Shown here: one piece after another, positions 28,703-35,500 of the stretch | Position numbering within the stretch: the first letter of the stretch is position 1 | How the letters are laid out: each line of letters starts with the position of its first letter | Position numbers and translations under genes: made by a program | From: an uncultured Actinomycetota bacterium | GTDB lineage: Bacteria; Actinomycetota; Actinomycetes; JACCUZ01 | Assembly: GCA_963726615.1 (NCBI GenBank) | Contig: CAVSCX010000006.1 | Coordinates: 67,343 to 131,342 of the forward strand | DNA: 64,000 bases | Direction: 5' to 3' | The notes under the pieces: generated by a model | Seen by the model: only the letters and a program-made list of their open reading frames with translations | What the model was told of the DNA's origin: nothing | The model's database searches: none

Positions 28703-31700
28703 ACAACGGCAAGTCGATCGTGCCGATCTTCAATGTCTTCACCGACGTCCCGGTCCCGGCCCGGATGCGCACGGTCATCATCGACGACCTGAACTTCTCG
28801 ACCGACCCGCGCTCGATCATGTACGGCGAGAAGGCCGGTCTGGCCTTCGCCCCGGTCGGCATCTACGACTTCAACAACCGGCTCGAGTACACGACTGAGA
28901 CAGACTTCAACGGCATCTACGACGTTCTGATGCCGTCCACCGACCACATCAGCTGCCCGACGCCCTCCGGCCTGTGCGCGAACATGTACCGGTTCGTGGC
29001 CAACGACCCGGGTGTCCCGGGGCGGCTGAACCTGAACTACAACCCACGGTTCGCCACCCATGCCGCCGGTGCGGAGGGACTGCCTGGCCTGAGCACGTTC
29101 GCCGACCTCGCGCCCACCCAGGTCGGGCTGACCATCGAGCGACCGGGAAGCGGTGTGCAGCAGGCGGTGACCTGTCCGCTCGGCTCCGGCACGCCGCAGC
29201 TGCTCACCGTCTCCCAGCCTTACGTCAACGGCAGCGGTTCCTTCACCATCAACGGCACCGGGTTCGGTGCCACCAAGGGCGCCGGGAAGGTGACCCTCGA
29301 CGGCAGCATCGTGCTGCCGACGACCGGGTGGAACGACACCACGATCGGCGTCACGGTGCCGGCCGGCACGGCCGTCGGGGCCCACCAGCTCGAGGTCACG
29401 GCCGACAACGGTCAGACCACGGTGAACGGCCTCACCTTCCACGTCCGCGGCACGGGATACAACCCTGCGCTGAGGGAGGTCGGCCCCGGGAAGACGTTCG
29501 CCACCATCCAGGCGGCGCTGGACGCGGCGTTCACCAACAACGGTGATGACCTTGTCGTCGTCTACCCGGGCACGCCGGACCTGGTGAACCCGCGGAACAA
29601 CCCCCTCGGTGCCTACTACGAGAACCTGATCATGGCCTCGCCGGTCAAGCTCCAGGGCGTCGGGCCAGGCGGGTTCCAGGGCAGCACGTACCTGCCCGGT
29701 TCGATCATCGACGCGAGCGCCTTCGGCGGTGACACCCAGGTCGCCACCGACTGGTTCACGAGGGTCGGTGCCCTGACCTGGGACGGCAACCAGACTGTCA
29801 GTGACGCCGAGGCGATCTACGTGCTGGCGTCGGAGAACGCCACCACCGCCCCCGGCCGGGCACGACAGTTCACCGGCGGGTTCAAGGCGAGCATCGACGG
29901 CTTCGACCTGCGTGGCGGCATCCAGAACGGGTTCCCGGGCAACATCAACGACCTCACCGGGTTGCCCACCGGGCTGCCGCCGACGATCGAGACCCAGGGC
30001 GGCGCCATCTTCGCGAACGCTTTCGCCCGGTACCTGCAGATCACCAACAACGTGGTCCAGAACAACGGCAGTGCCTTCGGCACGATCCGGATCGGCACGC
30101 CCGACCTGCCGGCGCCCGGTACCAGTCAGCACAACGAGAACCTCAGGATCGCCGACAACAGGATCATCAACAACGCCGGCACCAACCTGGCCGGCGGCGT
30201 CGGTCTCTTCGCGGGAACGGACAGCTACGAGGTGACCGGCAACGACATCTGCGGCAACTTCTCGGTCGAGTACGGCGGCGGCCTGAGCATCTACGGCCGC
30301 AGCCCGGGCGGGAAGATCCACCACAACCGGATCTTCTACAACATGTCCAACGACGAGGGCGGCGGCATCATGATTGCCGGCCAGCTGCCGGCCAACCCCA
30401 GTGCCCTCTCGCCGGGCTCGGGTCCGGTGGACATCTACAACAACCAGATCCAGGCCAACCTGGCCAACGACGACGGTGGCGGCATCCGCTTCCTCATGGC
30501 CGGCGGCCCCGGTGGCACCGACGCCATGAACGTCTACAACAACATGATCGTGAACAACGTCTCGACGCACGAGGGCGGGGGCATCGGGCTCAACGACGCA
30601 CCCAACGTCCGGGTCGTGAACAACACCATCATGAAGAACCTGACGACGGCGACCGCCGTCACGTCCAACGGGCAGCCCGCCCCGGCCGGGCTCTCGACCT
30701 CGGCAAACAGCGTCCAGCTGCAGGCAACCCTTCCGGGCAGCGCTCCGACGTTCAGCAACCCGACCCTGTTCAACAACATCTTCTGGGACAACCGGGCGGG
30801 GACCCGTGCCGGGACGAAGGTCACCGGCATCGGTGCCGCCGGGGACGCGGCCCCGATCGACCACTGGGACGTGGGCGTGGCTGACGGCACCGGTCTGCTG
30901 GCGCCGACGAGCTCTGTCGTCCAGCTGGACAACGGTGGCCACCCCTACACCGCCAGCGCGTCCAACTCGTCCGCCGACCCGCAGGTCGTCGACGACAGCT
31001 ACGACGTGTCGGCGTCCTTCGTGACGTGGCGGCAGAACCCGGCCTTCGTCGACGCAACCCTCGTGGCGGTGGAGCTGCCGCCGAACCAGCAGGGGAACTA
31101 CCACCTCACGGCGACGTCGCCCGCGGTCGACCTGGGTGTGCCGAACCTGGGCGGGGTCAATGCGCCGGCGACCGACATCGACGACCAGGCCCGGCCGGCC
31201 GGCGCCGCCTTCGACAGCGGTGCGGACGAGTACCTGGCTGCGGCGCCGCCTCCTCCGCCGACGAGCTCCGACCTGTACTTCTCGACGACCGGGAACGCGA
31301 ACCCGCCGGGAGTCACCGGCACGGCCGACGACGCGGACATCTACCGGTGGAACGGCACCGCCTACAACCGGGAGATCGACTTCACTGCCGCGCCCTACAA
31401 TCTGCCTGCCAGCGCGAACGTCGACGGGTTCTCCCGGGTTGACGCGAACCACTTCTACCTGTCCTTCACCGCCAGCGTCAGCCTGCCAGGGTTCGGCACC
31501 GTGGCGGACGAGGACGTCGTGTTCTGGAACAACGGGTCGTGGTTGCTCTGGTTCGACGGCAGCACGCACGGCGTGGCCGGCGACATCGGAGCGGTCAGCG
31601 TGGCCGGGACGACCATGTACTTCTCTACCAAGAACAACGCGGTGCCGCCGGGGGCCGGTGGTCCCGGCGACAACGCCGACATCTACCGGTGGAACGGCGG

Positions 31701-32730
31701 CAGCTCGTACACCCGGATGGTCGACGCCAGCGCGGCGCCGTACAACCTGCCGAACTCCGGTTCCGGCACCGGTCCGACCAACCCCAACGTCGACGGCCTG
31801 ATCTGGGTCGGCCCCAACGACTTCTACCTGTCGTTCAGCAACACGACGACCACCATGCCCGGCGGGCTTGGCGCCGTCCAGGACGAGGACGTCGTGCACT
31901 GGACCGGTTCGTGGTCGGTGTGGTTCGACGGCACCGCCCACGGCCTGACCTCCAACGCCCTGGACCTCGACGCCATCGCGTTCGCCTCAGGCGCACTTGC
32001 GCCGCCTCCGCCGCCACCGGTCCCGCCGGCGCCGCCGCTGGAGTTCTCCACGCTGGGGAACACCAACCCGCCCGGGGTCAGCGGCACGGCCGACGACGCC
32101 GACATCTACCGGTGGGACGGGGCCTACAGCCGGGCGCTGGACCTCTCCGCGGCGCCCTACAACCTGCCGGGCAACGCCAACGTGGACGGCTTCGACCGGG
32201 TGAACGCCACCCAGTTCTACGTCTCCTTCTCCGCGGCCAACACCACCGTGCCGGGACTTGGCGCGGTCCAGGACGAGGACGTGCTGTTCTGGAACGGCAG
32301 CGCCTGGTCGGTGTGGTTCAACGGCACCGCACACGGGCTGACGGCCGCCGACGCAGACCTCGATGCGATCAGCATCGTCGGGTCGACGCTGTACTTCTCG
32401 ACGCTGGGCAGCATCAACCCGCCGGGTGTCACCGGGACGGCCGACAACTCCGACATCTACAGCTGGAACGGCAGCGCCTACGCCCGGGTGTGGGACGCCA
32501 CGGCGAACGGGCTCCCGGCCGCCACGAACGTCGACGGCTACGTGCGGGTGAGCGCCACCCAGTTCTACCTGTCCTTCAGCCCGGCGACCACGGCCGTCTC
32601 GGGTCTGGGCACCGTGGAGGACGAGGACGTCGTCTACCGCAACGGCAGCACCTGGTCGGTGTACTTCGACGGCACCGCTCATGGGCTGACCACCGCCAAC
32701 CTCGACGTGGACGCCTTCGATGTCCCGTAA
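28549..32730 (+). CDS. Large secreted multidomain protein, continuation segment: IPT/TIG domain, right-handed parallel beta-helix (pectate-lyase-like) repeats, poly-Pro linkers, and a C-terminal 4x tandem-repeat domain
   Basis: The frame is open and protein-like from 28,498 onward (GAAAENLANGTADGYPAVVGDGGVTNDLP). Beta-helix repeats (NNVVQNNGSAFGTIRIG, HNRIFYNMSNDEGGGIMIAG, NNMIVNNVSTHEGGGIGLN). The C-terminal repeats end ...LDVDAFDVP. Confidence 0.65.
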   Translation: MVGDGGVTNDLPVGVTVPASAPVDNATFLDIGGSPYEGAPKPRCDTKLVRVNNGKSIVPIFNVFTDVPVPARMRTVIIDDLNFSTDPRSIMYGEKAGLAFAPVGIYDFNNRLEYTTETDFNGIYDVLMPSTDHISCPTPSGLCANMYRFVANDPGVPGRLNLNYNPRFATHAAGAEGLPGLSTFADLAPTQVGLTIERPGSGVQQAVTCPLGSGTPQLLTVSQPYVNGSGSFTINGTGFGATKGAGKVTLDGSIVLPTTGWNDTTIGVTVPAGTAVGAHQLEVTADNGQTTVNGLTFHVRGTGYNPALREVGPGKTFATIQAALDAAFTNNGDDLVVVYPGTPDLVNPRNNPLGAYYENLIMASPVKLQGVGPGGFQGSTYLPGSIIDASAFGGDTQVATDWFTRVGALTWDGNQTVSDAEAIYVLASENATTAPGRARQFTGGFKASIDGFDLRGGIQNGFPGNINDLTGLPTGLPPTIETQGGAIFANAFARYLQITNNVVQNNGSAFGTIRIGTPDLPAPGTSQHNENLRIADNRIINNAGTNLAGGVGLFAGTDSYEVTGNDICGNFSVEYGGGLSIYGRSPGGKIHHNRIFYNMSNDEGGGIMIAGQLPANPSALSPGSGPVDIYNNQIQANLANDDGGGIRFLMAGGPGGTDAMNVYNNMIVNNVSTHEGGGIGLNDAPNVRVVNNTIMKNLTTATAVTSNGQPAPAGLSTSANSVQLQATLPGSAPTFSNPTLFNNIFWDNRAGTRAGTKVTGIGAAGDAAPIDHWDVGVADGTGLLAPTSSVVQLDNGGHPYTASASNSSADPQVVDDSYDVSASFVTWRQNPAFVDATLVAVELPPNQQGNYHLTATSPAVDLGVPNLGGVNAPATDIDDQARPAGAAFDSGADEYLAAAPPPPPTSSDLYFSTTGNANPPGVTGTADDADIYRWNGTAYNREIDFTAAPYNLPASANVDGFSRVDANHFYLSFTASVSLPGFGTVADEDVVFWNNGSWLLWFDGSTHGVAGDIGAVSVAGTTMYFSTKNNAVPPGAGGPGDNADIYRWNGGSSYTRMVDASAAPYNLPNSGSGTGPTNPNVDGLIWVGPNDFYLSFSNTTTTMPGGLGAVQDEDVVHWTGSWSVWFDGTAHGLTSNALDLDAIAFASGALAPPPPPPVPPAPPLEFSTLGNTNPPGVSGTADDADIYRWDGAYSRALDLSAAPYNLPGNANVDGFDRVNATQFYVSFSAANTTVPGLGAVQDEDVLFWNGSAWSVWFNGTAHGLTAADADLDAISIVGSTLYFSTLGSINPPGVTGTADNSDIYSWNGSAYARVWDATANGLPAATNVDGYVRVSATQFYLSFSPATTAVSGLGTVEDEDVVYRNGSTWSVYFDGTAHGLTTANLDVDAFDVP

Positions 32731-32770
32731 CCGCGCCGGCGACGGCATCCCGAAGGGATCAGGTGACCCC

Positions 32771-34135
32771 ATGCGCCACCCAGCGATCGGCTCCGGGCAG
32801 AGCCCCAGGGGAGACGAGGACACGACCCCCACGGCCCGGCTCAACCGGCGACGCTTCCTCCAGGTCACCGGCGGCGCGGTGGCCGCCTCAACCCTGCCGT
32901 GGGCCGGCAAGGTGCTGCTGCCCCAGCCGGCCTTTGCGGCCCCGGGGGTCCCTGACCTCTACCTGGGCGGCACCGACGGGTGGATCTTTCTTCCCAGGAC
33001 GCCTGCCATCCCGCCCTTCCACCCCGACGTGCTCGCGCCGAGCCCGTTCACGACCTACATCTTCGGCTTCCGCAACCTCACCGGTCTGACGCCGGACCTG
33101 CGCCACAACCAGAAGAACAAGGCACAGCACTCGGCGCCACTGTTCTGGGTGAAGCAGTTCGACCCGGCACTCCCGGTCGACTTCCGGGTCACGCTGACGA
33201 ACCTCGGTCTCGCGCTGAGGCCGGACCTCTTCGACGCGCACACGGTGCACTGGCACGGGTTCCGCAACGTGATCCCGTTCTACGACGGGGAGCCGACCGG
33301 ATCGATCTCGGTGCCAAGCGGCCGCGAGTTCACCTACGTCTACCGGCCCCGGGACCCCGGGACCTACATGTACCACTGCCACGTCGAGGACGTGGAGCAC
33401 GTGCACATGGGCATGACGGGCCTGGTCTTCGTCCGGCCGCTGCAGGACGGCAACACCAGCCTCTACCCCAGTGGCAAGTACGTGTACAACGACGGCGACG
33501 GGTCGACCGGTTTCGACCGCGAGTTCGCGATGTTCCTCTCCGAGGTCTGGGCCGAGTCGCACTGGGCGGACGCGCACATCCAGCTGCCCGAGTGGAGCGA
33601 CTACAAGGCCGACTTCAGCCTCCTCAACGGGCGGGTCTACCCCGACACCATCGCCCCCAACGGCTCGATCGACCCGTTCAACCCGGTGCGGGACGCGACC
33701 GGCGACCTGATCGCCCCAGCCGGCCGCCCCGAGCTGAAGTACCAGCCGCACTCGTCCCTCGTGAACTGCAACGCCGGCGAGAAGGTCGCGCTGCGTTTCG
33801 CCAACCTCGGGTTCCGCGAGCAGGCGATGACCATGGCCGGGATCCGGATGCGCGTCGTGGGCCGCGATGCCACCCCGATGCGCGGCCGGGACGGCACCGA
33901 CACCTCCTACGAGACCGAGACGCTGAACATCGGCCCGGGTGAGAGCTACGACGTCGTCTTCACGGCCCCGGGGAAGTCCGGACCGGGCTACGACACCTAC
34001 ATGCTCTACAACCGCAACTACGCCCGGTCGAACAACCGTGCACCCGGCGGCTTCGGCGGGCAGGCGACCGAGGTCCGGGTCTACGCCGCCGGGACGGTGG
34101 CCCCGCAGGCCTATCCGAACGACTGGGGCGTCTGA
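32771..34135 (+). CDS. Multicopper-oxidase-family cupredoxin protein with a Tat signal, carrying the T1 site plus HxxHxHG/HCH motifs
   Basis: Twin-arginine signal (RRRFLQVTGGAVAAS). HTVHWHG and HCHVEDVEHVHMGM motifs, which are of the domain-3/T1 type. Confidence 0.7.
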   Translation: MRHPAIGSGQSPRGDEDTTPTARLNRRRFLQVTGGAVAASTLPWAGKVLLPQPAFAAPGVPDLYLGGTDGWIFLPRTPAIPPFHPDVLAPSPFTTYIFGFRNLTGLTPDLRHNQKNKAQHSAPLFWVKQFDPALPVDFRVTLTNLGLALRPDLFDAHTVHWHGFRNVIPFYDGEPTGSISVPSGREFTYVYRPRDPGTYMYHCHVEDVEHVHMGMTGLVFVRPLQDGNTSLYPSGKYVYNDGDGSTGFDREFAMFLSEVWAESHWADAHIQLPEWSDYKADFSLLNGRVYPDTIAPNGSIDPFNPVRDATGDLIAPAGRPELKYQPHSSLVNCNAGEKVALRFANLGFREQAMTMAGIRMRVVGRDATPMRGRDGTDTSYETETLNIGPGESYDVVFTAPGKSGPGYDTYMLYNRNYARSNNRAPGGFGGQATEVRVYAAGTVAPQAYPNDWGV

Positions 34136-34140
34136 GCGCC

Positions 34141-35481
34141 ATGACGAGAGGTAGTGCAGTCATGCCTGGGAAGACTCGCGCTCGCGCATTGCGCCGTCCT
34201 GCGCTGCTCGCCGTCGTGCTGGCGGTGTTCTCGGCCGCCGGTGCCACGCTCACCAGCGTGTCTCCGGCGACCGCCGATCCGCGGCCGAAGGTCGGCATCG
34301 TCTGCACCTCGGGCAGCGGTGGCTCGGCGGACCACCCGATCTTCAACCTGACCACCAAGACGGGCTACATCAGCCTGCCGGACGGCAACACCGCCTTCAT
34401 GTGGGGCTACTCCAGCGGGTTCGACGGGTTCCAGCACCCCGGGCCGGTTCTCTGCGTCAACAAGGGCGACACCGTCACCGTCATCCTGCACAACACGCTG
34501 CCCGAGGCGACGTCGATCGCCTTCCCCGGCCAGCAAGGCGTGCTCGCCGACGGCGCACCCGCGCAACCACAGGTCAACGGCGGCGGGACGGTGACCTCGC
34601 TCACCGACACCGCGCCGGCGGTCAACGGCACTGTCACCTACAGCTTCGTCGCCGACCACCCTGGAACGTTCCTGTACGAGTCCGGGACGAACCCCGAGAA
34701 GCAGGTTCGGATGGGTCTGTTCGGTGCGCTGATCGTCCGGCCGGCGCTGGGCGCGAACTACGCCTACGACCGCTCGGACAGCCGGTTCACGCCGTCGGAG
34801 GAGTTCATGGTGCTCCTCTCCGAGATCGACCCGTACCAGCACCAGGCGGTGGAGCAGGGCAAGAACTTCAACATCAACAACTACCACCCGCGGTACTGGC
34901 TCATCAACGGCCGCGGCTTCCCGGACAGCATCGCCGACAACGACGCGTCCTGGCTGCCGACCCAGCCCTACGGCGCGCTGGCGCAGGTGTACCCGTACGA
35001 CAGCGTGGAGCACCCGTACCCGGGGATGGCCCGCTACCTCAGCGTGGGTACCGAGGACTACCCGTTCCACCCGCACGGCAACAACGGACTGGTCATCGGC
35101 CGGGACGGCCGCCCGCTCGAGGGCCCGGCCGGGGAGGACCTGTCGTTCGAGAAGTTCGACATCAACGTCGGCCCGGGGCAGACCTGGGACGTGATCTTCA
35201 AGTGGTACGACGCCGAGGGCTACAACCCCACCACCAAGCCGGTGCCCGACACCGTCCCCGGCCTGCTCAACTCGGTGGTCGGCGTCTTCTACAGCGGCAG
35301 CCCGTACCTCGGGACGAGAGAGGTCCTGCCACCGGGAACGCCGACCCTCAACCAGTGCGGTGAGTACTACATCATCTCGCACAACCACGCGCTGTTCCAG
35401 ATCACCTCGTGGGGCGCGAACATGACCGGCCCGATCACCTACATGCGGATCGACCCGCCCAAGCCCAACGACTGCGGTTGA
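34141..35481 (+). CDS. Multicopper-oxidase-like cupredoxin protein carrying domain-1-type trinuclear-cluster ligands (HPHG, HNH), with a Sec signal
   Basis: Signal peptide (LLAVVLAVFSAAGATLTSVSPATA). The N-terminal cupredoxin domain lacks Cu ligands. C-terminal FHPHGNNG and ISHNHALFQI motifs. Confidence 0.65.
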   Translation: MTRGSAVMPGKTRARALRRPALLAVVLAVFSAAGATLTSVSPATADPRPKVGIVCTSGSGGSADHPIFNLTTKTGYISLPDGNTAFMWGYSSGFDGFQHPGPVLCVNKGDTVTVILHNTLPEATSIAFPGQQGVLADGAPAQPQVNGGGTVTSLTDTAPAVNGTVTYSFVADHPGTFLYESGTNPEKQVRMGLFGALIVRPALGANYAYDRSDSRFTPSEEFMVLLSEIDPYQHQAVEQGKNFNINNYHPRYWLINGRGFPDSIADNDASWLPTQPYGALAQVYPYDSVEHPYPGMARYLSVGTEDYPFHPHGNNGLVIGRDGRPLEGPAGEDLSFEKFDINVGPGQTWDVIFKWYDAEGYNPTTKPVPDTVPGLLNSVVGVFYSGSPYLGTREVLPPGTPTLNQCGEYYIISHNHALFQITSWGANMTGPITYMRIDPPKPNDCG

Positions 35482-35500
35482 CGAGAGAGGGCGGGACGAC

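Noticed and set aside
28036-31941. 1301-aa - strand ORF antisense to the giant secreted-protein gene. Similar antisense ORFs occur at 36875-38506, 10605-12692, 20127-22097 and 55408-57144.
   Set aside because: Their translations are Arg/Gly/Pro/Val low-complexity with no motifs. In each case the opposite strand carries a gene with clear domain signatures.
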